A stretch of DNA of 29,479 nt from a virus (lineage: Duplodnaviria; Caudoviricetes): positions 1-29,479 of the IMG/VR virus record IMGVR_UViG_3300032257_000571. One strand, given 5' to 3'. Positions 1 through 8,516 of the stretch are shown piece by piece. The notes under the pieces are model-generated. The model did not search any database. It was not told where the DNA came from and saw only the letters and a list, made by a program, of their open reading frames with translations. How positions within the stretch are numbered: position 1 is the stretch's first letter; every line of letters starts with the position of its first letter. Made by a program: the position numbers and the translations under genes.

Positions 1-2358
1 CTACGTCTCTTGCGCTAAGGCGCCAGCAAGCGAAAACACTTGCGGCTTCATTTCGGTAAGTTCTACGTCCTTCGTCAACCAGCCGTCCCTGTCCTCAAAG
101 CCCTCGTCTTCCAGAATCGCGCGCAGTTGAGCACTCGGTTCCTCGGGCTCTTCTAAGTAAAGTTCGTATCCGTCGGGCGAATCACCCAAAGAGAGGTAAA
201 ATTTGACCTCCTCACCACCAAAGTGCGTCACGAGGTATAGTCCCGGCTCCTCGTCGGTAGAGGTTGTCTCGTAATAGCTGATCGTCAATGCGAGGGGTTC
301 TGACTCACCCATTAAATTTTCATGAAGACAATAGGTGAAAAGCTCCGCGTGCCTTCCGTTCATTTGAGACTTTCTCAGAATATAGACACTGCCGTTATCA
401 GCGAAACGAAGCATTCGGTACAACCCGTATTCATAAACTGACGGTGTTGCGAGGATCGCTTTGCGCCAAGGATCAATGTCCGACGCCGAGTCTATGATAG
501 TGCTTAGATTGTCAGCGAATGTTGAGGGTTCCTCAAGACGGTCCCAGAGATCCTTCAGGACTTGGCTTGGCCGACCACCCGCAGCAGCATTTCGAAGTAA
601 CCTTTTCCAGCTCCAGGCCTCATCCTGTGCGGTGGTCAGCAGCGAGTGGTTTCGACCGACGAGAGGCAGGAAATCTCCGACAGCCAAGAGTGCGCGCTCC
701 CAGAGACGGCCAGCAACGTTCGGGTCCTTGACGAGGTCGTCGAACATCTTCGCAGCGCAGGCGAAATAGTGATCGAACGGTCCAGCCAGTTCATTCGCTG
801 CTGCCGCATCAAGGCGTACTAGTTCAGCGTCAATTTCACTCAGATCTATGCCGCTGCAACGTAGTAGGAACCCTATCTGCCCTCGAAAATAGGTATGGCG
901 CTCTGCCTGATCGATCCGTTCCGGCCAACCATCGCCGAAACTTATTAGGTGAGCCTTGATGCGCTCCTCTGCGACCTGGTCGCGAAAGAAGCCCCTGACG
1001 TCCCCATCCGGACCCGCTAGATGATCGAAGATATCGTTCATCTGCGGCACGAGGTCTCGGAGTCCAGCAAAGCTTCTTCGGAGATCTTCGGGCCGGTTAT
1101 AATCGGTATTGGTAGCGAGATTGGAGACGACACGCATCCATGAATTGAATGCCGCGGGATCGATATCTTCGGTGGAGTGAACGAGATACTGTGTGTAACC
1201 AGCAAGCTGAGCTAACTGTTGGAAAGTAAGGCCAGTTGGCCGGGAAATAATTTCCTTAAACAGGGCCTGTTCGTCGAGGTTTCGGGTGTCGGGAAGATAG
1301 CAGCGGAACGTTTCCGGGCCCGCGCTCCACCGCTCAAGCAAGGTGATGAGCGCCACGATCATATCCTGATCCAGCCAAGCCCTGTCCTGAAACCAAGTAT
1401 AGCTGCTAGCTCGCGCTGTGGCGCGCAGGTCGGCCAGATCCACCGCAGTCGCCGCAGCTTCGGGACCTCTGGTTACCATAATCACTGTCCGAAGCAGGTT
1501 CATTATGGCATCATCGAACGTGGCGGTCCTCTTATCACGGAACGGCCAGAAGAAATCGGACCAGCGAGTATCGATTCGATGTGAGAAGAAGTCAGCGAGT
1601 GGAGTGCCGTTACAGACATCCGGCGGTACCCCCTGGAACTGGCTTTCCAAGTGCCGCTCGAAACGTGCCTTAAAAGTCTCGAATGAAGTTAGCGGTTTCC
1701 CGCGCGCGTTCATCTTTATGTAGAGGTCATCGGAGAGATCAAACTGTTCTAGATCAAGAAGTTGGAACGTTATAGCCGGAGTTGCTTCGTCGATCAGTCG
1801 AATATAGAGGCCGGACGTTTTCCGGAATACCTCGTGCATCCGCTCCAACATTGACAGTACGGAGCGGATCGTTGGGTCGAACCGCCAGCTGCGGAAATAC
1901 CACGGCTGATCAGTTATCATACTGACAAGGTTTTGGCAGTCCGCAGCAGATACATCCGGCACGTAGCTTGCGAAAGCGTTGATGAAATCCCGACTGCTCG
2001 GGCGCACCTCGTAGCTGAAGCGGGACAGTCCAGCTGTCACAATTCGAGTTCTAAAATCTTCGCTTAAGCCGTCGACCCATGCGAGGTACCAGTGCAGTAG
2101 GAACAGCGTGGTGAGCCGTTGCTGGCCGTCGAGCGGTTGGAACGAGCCGTTAACAACGCTGCCGTAAACAAAGTCGAGGTCGAGGGGTAACGACGGATCG
2201 TCTTCAGGTATGCACAGGGCGTCGTGCAGGGACTTGAGGAAATCGTCTCGTACAATGTGCTGGTCAGCTCGGCCCTGGGCGTAGTCGCGCTGAATGACCG
2301 GGATCTGGACCCGACCGTGACGTTCGATCAACTTGCAAAAAGTGGTTCTCGCAGTCAT
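1..2358 (-). CDS. DUF262 (GmrS/ParB-like NTPase) domain protein, 785 aa, no obvious HNH
   Basis: DUF262 motifs IPVIQRDYAQG, PLDGQQRLTTL, YIKMNARGKPLT in the N-terminal ~230 aa; start overlaps the upstream stop (ATGA, 2355-2358). Confidence 0.85.
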   Translation of the reverse strand: MTARTTFCKLIERHGRVQIPVIQRDYAQGRADQHIVRDDFLKSLHDALCIPEDDPSLPLDLDFVYGSVVNGSFQPLDGQQRLTTLFLLHWYLAWVDGLSEDFRTRIVTAGLSRFSYEVRPSSRDFINAFASYVPDVSAADCQNLVSMITDQPWYFRSWRFDPTIRSVLSMLERMHEVFRKTSGLYIRLIDEATPAITFQLLDLEQFDLSDDLYIKMNARGKPLTSFETFKARFERHLESQFQGVPPDVCNGTPLADFFSHRIDTRWSDFFWPFRDKRTATFDDAIMNLLRTVIMVTRGPEAAATAVDLADLRATARASSYTWFQDRAWLDQDMIVALITLLERWSAGPETFRCYLPDTRNLDEQALFKEIISRPTGLTFQQLAQLAGYTQYLVHSTEDIDPAAFNSWMRVVSNLATNTDYNRPEDLRRSFAGLRDLVPQMNDIFDHLAGPDGDVRGFFRDQVAEERIKAHLISFGDGWPERIDQAERHTYFRGQIGFLLRCSGIDLSEIDAELVRLDAAAANELAGPFDHYFACAAKMFDDLVKDPNVAGRLWERALLAVGDFLPLVGRNHSLLTTAQDEAWSWKRLLRNAAAGGRPSQVLKDLWDRLEEPSTFADNLSTIIDSASDIDPWRKAILATPSVYEYGLYRMLRFADNGSVYILRKSQMNGRHAELFTYCLHENLMGESEPLALTISYYETTSTDEEPGLYLVTHFGGEEVKFYLSLGDSPDGYELYLEEPEEPSAQLRAILEDEGFEDRDGWLTKDVELTEMKPQVFSLAGALAQET

Positions 2359-4160
2359 CGGCTCGCTCCTCCTTGCCCAAGGAAGAACCGGGTCAGCGTC
2401 CCACTGATCGCATCAAGGTAGTCCTGTGCGTCCTGCTCCGTCCAAAACATGACGTTGCCGACGGTGCGGCTGTAGCATTTCAAGAAGACGTTGCGAGTGC
2501 AGAGTGGGACGAATATCCCGGACCTGTCGTTTTTCAGCAAAACGCTGCGCTTCACCGCAAAGACCGCATTTCGGTAGCCACGGTTGGTCCGGGAGTCGAG
2601 CAGGGTCAAGTTTGCAAGGTCATGGTCAGGGCCAGCTGCGGCCTCGTGGAAGAAAGATAGGATCTCACCGTCGATTTCCTCGAAGGTGGCTTCGTTTCCT
2701 GGTTCATTGTTTGGGTCGAGGTAGGCTGCGATGCTCTCAGAAAGCGCCTGTTCGGCTTCTCCTGCTGCAGAGCGCAGGAACGTCAAGCAATGGTTCAGCC
2801 ACTCCTCCTGAGCTTGGGGGCGTGAAGGCCGTTCGTCGCTAACCGAGCGTATGTGTTCGATATCCCAAGATTCGCGCTTGAAACTATCGAACTGGAAACG
2901 GATATTTGACCTTGGGTCTTCAAGCAGCGTTGCCAGATTGAACAAGAGAAGTAGGCTCCGCACTTTGGGGGCATTTGCATAGTCGACTGTACGGCAAAGG
3001 TTGGCAATCTCTTCCCCAAGTTCGTCCTTGGAAATTGCAGGGAGGTCATTGCCAAGCATCATCCGATAGACGCGATTGCGAAGGCTTCTGGAAAAGTCGT
3101 GTTTGCTCGATGTTTGGCTATCCTCAAGCAGTTCCGTAATTGTGGACAGCCCTCCGCCCGTCTGATTGAGAATAAAACCGAGGACATGGAATAGGTATCG
3201 ATCCTCGTACCACTCCTCCAACGCCATAAAAATATCTTTCACCTTTCGCCATTCAATCTCAGCGCTTAGTTCCGAACTCAACAAATCTGAAAAATGCGAA
3301 AACACCGCATAGTCTTCGCCGCCAACCGCATTACCTTCCATCTGCGCAGCGAGTCGAAAGACCAGGCCGATGCGGTTAGCATCGTCGAGGTCTGCATTCT
3401 GCAGGAAGTACCAGACTGAATCATCTTGCAGTCGCTTTTCGATCTGGTCCCATTCATAGGCAATTCGTAAAGACAAATTGCCAGTTTCATCATCCTGGGT
3501 CGCGCGGCGCAGGAACAGTGCACGGACCAACTCGGCCTCAGTGAGCGGGATCTTCCCGACGTTCAGTCGGGTGAAAGCTGCAACTGGGTCGTCCGTGGGC
3601 GCCAGCTCATACCAAATAACCTTCACGTTCCGACCGGCCTCATCGTCGTTGAGCAGGTGCTGGAGCAGCTTCAGCGCATGCATCCGGTCACGCCCGCCTA
3701 GCCAGTCCTCAATCGCCTGCCACGCCTCGCAGATGTGATGGAAGTCGACGTTCTCATTCGACCGGTCGAGATCGATATCGTCGAGAAAGGTATGGTCTCG
3801 GGTCTCGTAATCGATGGTGAAGCGTTGTTTGCCGAGTAGTCCAAGAATCTCATCGCGATGGGATAGAAGGATGAAGATGGTGGTCAACCGCTGCTGTCCA
3901 TCTACGACCTCGTAGCTTCCGTCCTCCAGCTTCCGAACGACTAGCGGCTGTAGGCAGTAAAAGGAGGTTCGGCGTTTCTCCTCGCTGGCTTGGATAAAGT
4001 CCCATATGTCATCCAAGAGCTGGGTAACCTGCAGCTGGTTCCAACGGTAACCTCGCTGGTAGCCTGGGATCCAGTACCGCGCAGGGGAGCCGTGTTCATC
4101 AACGAGCAGCCGGTTGATCGATCTCAGCTCAATTGCTGCGCTTTCTGGTGGCATCTTCAT
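2355..4160 (-). CDS. GmrSD-like DUF262 + DUF1524 (HNH) protein, putative modification-dependent nuclease
   Basis: IPGYQRGYRW, VVDGQQRLTT, FTRLNVGKIPLT (DUF262); WDIEHIRS...LANLTLLDSRTNRGYRN (DUF1524 His-Me motif); SD AGGAG upstream. Confidence 0.88.
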   Translation of the reverse strand: MKMPPESAAIELRSINRLLVDEHGSPARYWIPGYQRGYRWNQLQVTQLLDDIWDFIQASEEKRRTSFYCLQPLVVRKLEDGSYEVVDGQQRLTTIFILLSHRDEILGLLGKQRFTIDYETRDHTFLDDIDLDRSNENVDFHHICEAWQAIEDWLGGRDRMHALKLLQHLLNDDEAGRNVKVIWYELAPTDDPVAAFTRLNVGKIPLTEAELVRALFLRRATQDDETGNLSLRIAYEWDQIEKRLQDDSVWYFLQNADLDDANRIGLVFRLAAQMEGNAVGGEDYAVFSHFSDLLSSELSAEIEWRKVKDIFMALEEWYEDRYLFHVLGFILNQTGGGLSTITELLEDSQTSSKHDFSRSLRNRVYRMMLGNDLPAISKDELGEEIANLCRTVDYANAPKVRSLLLLFNLATLLEDPRSNIRFQFDSFKRESWDIEHIRSVSDERPSRPQAQEEWLNHCLTFLRSAAGEAEQALSESIAAYLDPNNEPGNEATFEEIDGEILSFFHEAAAGPDHDLANLTLLDSRTNRGYRNAVFAVKRSVLLKNDRSGIFVPLCTRNVFLKCYSRTVGNVMFWTEQDAQDYLDAISGTLTRFFLGQGGASR

Positions 4161-4188
4161 GGCTCCTAGTTCTCTGTCCCTTGGGCGC

Positions 4189-4880
4189 TCAAAGCGACCA
4201 ATCCTGACCGAAATGATGCGACAGTGGTTCTATTTTCTCTGGGATATCGCCATGGAAAGTCACCCCCAGATAAGTCGCGGCCCGCGTCGCCCCCACATAA
4301 AGGTACTTCGAAAATAGATCAGGGTGTTGGGCGATTGTTTTATCAAGATCCACGAAAAACACAGCTTCAAATTCCAACCCCTTAATGTGCTGAATATTGA
4401 ACACGCGTACATCCCGATCGTTGCCGACGACCTTGCCATCCTTGCAAGCGACCGCGGACAGATTGATTTCCTCCAATCGGTCGTTCAGCTCCAGAGCGAG
4501 CGGTTCGACCTGCTCTTCCTCGTTGACGAGAACTGCGATCGTGGTGGCCTTCTGAACCATCCGATCAATCTCATGAATCCGCTGGGTCAACCACTCCGCG
4601 GTAGCAGCGTTGTCGCTGAGGCGGGTTTGCCAGATGGGTGGCAAGCCCTCTGCATCAAGACGGTCTGGCAGGATAATGTCATCGGCATCGGAGCCACCAA
4701 TAGTCGCAATTTGCTTTGCAACATCGACGAGCCGCTGACTTTGACGGTACGATACGGTTATAGACTTGCGCTCGATCCGAGCCCCTATCCAGTCGAGCGC
4801 ATCATTCGACTTGAGGCCCCACAACGTTAATCGCTGGTTGATGTCGCCGCATAGAAAGAATGAGCCTGCTGCAGGATGGA
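4189..4880 (-). pseudogene. 5'-truncated UvrD/superfamily 1 helicase (C-terminal part only)
   Basis: Frame continues upstream of the 4824 TTG as HPAAGSFFLCGDINQRLT (motif III); also SYRQS, IQHIKGLEFEAV, LYVGATRA; no Walker A/B upstream, where the frame runs into antisense phage sequence. Confidence 0.8.
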
Positions 4881-4914
4881 TTGCCGCGATTTCGCGGTGT
4901 TTATCGGCGGCCCG

Positions 4915-5040
4915 AATGCACCGAAGCAGGCGATGATCGACGCGGCCCGAGCCCGCGGGTTCAGCCCTGCGGACGACAACGAGGCCGATGCCATCGCGAT
5001 CCTGCTCTGGGCAATCGAGACCGGCGGAGGTGTGGCATGA
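4915..5040 (+). pseudogene. C-terminal stub of phage RuvC-like Holliday junction resolvase
   Basis: Translates NAPKQAMIDAARARGFSPADDNEADAIAILLWAIETGGGVA*, resembling the RuvC C-terminal GNAxK...DxADA motifs; stop overlaps the next ATG. Confidence 0.7.
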
Positions 5041-5237
5041 GGTTTTACCCCAAAGGCTATGGCGGCCAGCGCCGGGATCCCGATCAAGTCAAGCGGGAGG
5101 GTTGGAAGGAACAGGGTGTGCTGGCTGTTGCCGTCGATGACCATCGTCTGACCTGGCCTGAGCGGGAGCTCATTCGCCAGATTGGCGAGAAACTCTATGG
5201 CAAGCGGCCCGAAAGTCTGGAGGTGCGCAATGGCTGA
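5037..5237 (+). CDS. Phage hypothetical protein (66 aa)
   Basis: ATG 5037 with GGAGG SD and ATGA coupling; MRFYPKGYGGQRRDP...; overlaps the next gene start. Confidence 0.7.
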   Translation: MRFYPKGYGGQRRDPDQVKREGWKEQGVLAVAVDDHRLTWPERELIRQIGEKLYGKRPESLEVRNG

Positions 5238-5658
5238 TTGGACCCCAAGCATCGTCGAAGCCCGGCTGGCCGAAGCCGCATGGGTACTTAAGCGTATGCC
5301 TGAGCCGCGCCTGTCCGGGTACTTCAGCACCTGGCCCGAGTTCGTCTACAGCTTCGCGGACAAGGTCGAACAAGAACCCAAGCCCATGCGGGTGCTTCCG
5401 TCGCCGCAGGCAATCAGCCGGATGGAAGAGACGCTGACCTGGACCGCCTGCCTCGAGCCCATCGACGGCAAGATCGTTTGGCTGCGCGCCTATGGAACGC
5501 GTTGGAAAGAAGTCTGCTGGACCGTCGGGCTGCAGCGATCCGCGGCCAACCAGCACTGGCTCTATGGGCTGTCTGTCATCTCGCTGCGCCTCAACAACCG
5601 TCGGTTCAACCGCAACCTTTCGAAGCAGGCCGTGATCAAGCTTGCGGGAGCGGCGTAG
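5230..5658 (+). CDS. DUF6362-like protein, probable late-gene transcription regulator
   Basis: MADWTPSIVEARLAEAA...WPEF; C-terminal HTH-like segment (RWKEVCWTVGLQRSAA); GGAGG SD; last gene before the cos/late region. Confidence 0.7.
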   Translation: MADWTPSIVEARLAEAAWVLKRMPEPRLSGYFSTWPEFVYSFADKVEQEPKPMRVLPSPQAISRMEETLTWTACLEPIDGKIVWLRAYGTRWKEVCWTVGLQRSAANQHWLYGLSVISLRLNNRRFNRNLSKQAVIKLAGAA

Positions 5659-5676
5659 GGGATCGCGCTGGATAGG

Positions 5677-5743
5677 AAAGTGTCCGCCGGACACTTTTCG
5701 AAGGGACATAAACCGGCTCCTGAGGGTATGAATTGGATATACT
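5677..5743 (+). promoter_or_regulatory. Perfect inverted repeat plus -10-like TATACT, candidate late promoter/operator
   Basis: AAAGTGTCCG-C-CGGACACTTT (5677-5697); TATACT at 5738-5743. Confidence 0.4.
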
Positions 5744-5821
5744 CGGGAGAGGCGCGCGCGGGACGGCCCGCGCCGCTGGACCCCGGAGTCCAACCAAGGG
5801 TCCATCTGGGGTCCAGGCGTC

Positions 5822-6053
5822 TAACCCACTGACTTTACGGGTCCTTCCTGGCCGTAAACCTATACGGGGGGGCGCAGCGCGCGATATCGCCAGCGACAGG
5901 GCCGATTTTTTGGGAAGCCACCCCGGCAGGCATCCACCTGCATTCCCCTGAAAACCACAACAAAACAAACTCTTGGAGCCGGACACCCCGGCGGCCGCTG
6001 GATCCTTTGCGGAGTCCAGGCTGGCTCCCGGTGTCCGGAGTCCAGGGGATCCA
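5822..6053 (+). other. Lambda-like cos packaging site (cosQ, cosN-like, cosB-like)
   Basis: ACTTTACGGGTCCTT 5832-5846 containing cosQ GGGTCCT; TACGGGGGGGCGCAGCGCGCG downstream; IHF-like sites at 5822-5834 and 5963-5975; GGNNTCCA repeats; lambda gpA-type terminase downstream. Confidence 0.6.
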
Positions 6054-6077
6054 CATCATCAAGGCGAACCGACCAGC

Positions 6078-7331
6078 ATGACCCTGAGCTTTGCCCCTGA
6101 CGCAATCGAGACCTGGCCGCTGGCCAAGCTCCAGCCTTATGCGAAAAACGCGAAGGCGCACGGCGTGGATCAGGTCGCGAAGATCGCAGCCAGCATGGCG
6201 GAGTTCGGCTGGACCGTTCCCTGCCTGGTTGCGGACGACGGCGAATTGATCGCAGGCCATGGCCGGGTGCTGGCTGCTACGCAACTCGGGCTGACGGAAG
6301 CGCCGGTGATTGTGTTGGGTCATCTGACCGAGGCGCAGCGTCGGGCCTACCGGATCGCGGACAACAAGCTGACGGAACTCGGGACTTGGGATGAGGCGCT
6401 GCTCTCGGCCGAACTGAACGACCTGCTGGCCGAGGATTACGACCTGTCGCTCATCGGCTTCGATGACGCTGAACTCGAGGCGTTGTTGGCCGGAGAGGTC
6501 GACCCTGAAACCGCATCCCGCGAGGGCGAGGACGATGTTCCAGAGGCCACCGAAACCCCGATCAGTCGACCGGGCGATTTATGGGTGCTGGGCAAGCATC
6601 GGCTGCTCTGCGGTGATGCGACCGTTGCCACCGATGTCGAGCGGCTGCTCGGTGATGTGATGCCGCAACTGATGGTGACTGATCCGCCCTACGGCGTGGA
6701 ATACGATCCCGGCTGGCGCAACAACGCAGGGGCTGCCGGGACCAAACGGACGGGCAAGGTGCTAAATGACGACCGCGCTGACTGGCGCGAGGCTTGGGCG
6801 TTGTTCCCCGGTGACGTCGCCTATGTCTGGCACGGCGCGCTACATGCGACCACGGTCGCCGACAGCCTGATTGCCTCAGGCTTCAACATCCGGTCGCAGA
6901 TCATCTGGGCGAAAGACCGTCTGGTGCTGAGCCGCGGTGATTATCACTGGCAGCACGAACCATGCCTCTATGCCGTGAAAAAGACCGGCAAGGGCCATTG
7001 GGCCGGTGATCGCAAACAGACGACGCTGTGGCAGATCGCCAACAAGGACCAGGATGCTGAAACTGTCCACGGGACACAGAAGCCTGTCGAATGCATGCGT
7101 CGGCCAATCCTGAACAACTCGAGCCCCGGACAGGCCGTCTACGAGCCCTTCATGGGGTCCGGAACTACGCTGATCGCGGCAGAGACAACGGGCCGGGTCT
7201 GCTACGGGATCGAACTCAATCCGGCTTACGTCGATGTCGCCGTGGAGCGGTGGCAACAGTTTACTGGCAAGGATGTCGTTCTCTTCGGCTCCGATGAGAC
7301 GTTCAACGAAATCAAGATCAAAGACGATTGA
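6078..7331 (+). CDS. ParB/Srx-fused N6A/N4C DNA methyltransferase (beta class)
   Basis: ParB-like N-terminus (LIAGHGR...RIADNKL), then DPPY, HGTQKPVE, EPFMGSGTT, GIELNP; ATG 6078 preferred over TTG 5973. Confidence 0.92.
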   Translation: MTLSFAPDAIETWPLAKLQPYAKNAKAHGVDQVAKIAASMAEFGWTVPCLVADDGELIAGHGRVLAATQLGLTEAPVIVLGHLTEAQRRAYRIADNKLTELGTWDEALLSAELNDLLAEDYDLSLIGFDDAELEALLAGEVDPETASREGEDDVPEATETPISRPGDLWVLGKHRLLCGDATVATDVERLLGDVMPQLMVTDPPYGVEYDPGWRNNAGAAGTKRTGKVLNDDRADWREAWALFPGDVAYVWHGALHATTVADSLIASGFNIRSQIIWAKDRLVLSRGDYHWQHEPCLYAVKKTGKGHWAGDRKQTTLWQIANKDQDAETVHGTQKPVECMRRPILNNSSPGQAVYEPFMGSGTTLIAAETTGRVCYGIELNPAYVDVAVERWQQFTGKDVVLFGSDETFNEIKIKDD

Positions 7332-7334
7332 GGC

Positions 7335-8516
7335 ATGCATGACTTGGCTCTATTTTCCTCCGGGCGCACTTCCGGAACTGAAGACGCATGCCTATTCGGC
7401 CTCTCTCTATGTTCCGGAGCTGGCGGCATCGACCTTGGGCTCACCATCGCCATCCCCGGATATCGAACTGTGGGCCATGTCGAACGGGAAACCTTCGCCG
7501 CAGCCACTCTCGTGGCGCGGATGGAAGACGCGACCTTGGATTGCGCGCCTGTCTGGGACGATGTTGCCAGCTTCGACGGCCGCCCATGGCGCGGCGCGGT
7601 GGACATCATCACTGCGGGATATCCGTGCCAGCCGTTCTCTGTGGCAGGCAAACGCCTCGGGACGGAGGATCCGCGCCACCTCTGGCCGCATGTCGCCCGC
7701 ATCATCGGCGAGTGCGAGCCACCCTTCGTCTTCCTCGAGAATGTCGCCCATCATCTCCGCCTCGGCTTCCCCGAAGTCGCCGACGGATTGGTCGGCATGG
7801 GCTACAAGCTTGCGGCAGGCCTCTTTACAGCGGCGGAAGTCGGTGCGCCGCACAAACGCGAGCGGCTCTTCATCCTTGCCATCCGCGAAAGCTGCGAACT
7901 GGCCGACCCCGCGCGCCTGCTCTGGGACCCGCTCGAGTGGCGGGAACCGGACCGAGATGTTGCGGCTATGGCCGACGCCCCGCGCCAGCGCGAACGAGAA
8001 CCGGCAGACGAAACCAACGCCCTCGCAAGAAGCGGGCAAGCATGGGATGAACCTGGCGACGAGCGCCGCGATGTGGCCGACGCCGCAGACCGACAGCTTC
8101 CGGAGCCGGGGCGGAGACCGGAAGCACGAGAAGGGTCTGGACGGCATGGCGCGGGACTGGCCGACGCCGATGGCAAACGATGGCTGCAAGCCGAGCGCGG
8201 GCAACCGCAAGACAGCGGATCTGACCCATGCCAGCCGCATGTGGATGACGCCGACGGCGCGGGATCACAAGGATGGGGCGACGACACTGGTGAACACGCC
8301 GGTGAACGGGCTGCTTGGCCGCCAGGTCCTGGCGACGCCGATGGCTGGGAGCGATACCTCAGAGCAGCGCCGGACCTTGAACCCGCTGTTCGTCGAGGCG
8401 CTGATGGGCTGGCCCACCGGGTGGATCGGCTTCGCCTCTGCGGCAACGGCGTGGTCCCCTTGGTTGCGGCGCATGCGCTTCGAACTCTCGCAGCTGAACT
8501 GCTGGCCGATGGATGA
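7335..8516 (+). CDS. DNA (cytosine-5) methyltransferase, main (alpha) frame lacking motif IX
   Basis: Motif I SLCSGAGG, IV GYPCQPFS, VI FLENV, VIII HKRERLF, X RLRLCGNGVV. Confidence 0.9.
   Translation: MHDLALFSSGRTSGTEDACLFGLSLCSGAGGIDLGLTIAIPGYRTVGHVERETFAAATLVARMEDATLDCAPVWDDVASFDGRPWRGAVDIITAGYPCQPFSVAGKRLGTEDPRHLWPHVARIIGECEPPFVFLENVAHHLRLGFPEVADGLVGMGYKLAAGLFTAAEVGAPHKRERLFILAIRESCELADPARLLWDPLEWREPDRDVAAMADAPRQREREPADETNALARSGQAWDEPGDERRDVADAADRQLPEPGRRPEAREGSGRHGAGLADADGKRWLQAERGQPQDSGSDPCQPHVDDADGAGSQGWGDDTGEHAGERAAWPPGPGDADGWERYLRAAPDLEPAVRRGADGLAHRVDRLRLCGNGVVPLVAAHALRTLAAELLADG

Noticed and set aside
4860-5237. 125-aa ORF as a real gene
   Set aside because: It spans the deletion junction; the plausible gene starts at ATG 5037 with an SD and ATGA coupling
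7900-8340. Repeats as a CRISPR array or DGR template/variable repeats
   Set aside because: Cores are only ~12 nt, degenerate and codon-phased; no cas or reverse transcriptase genes in the window
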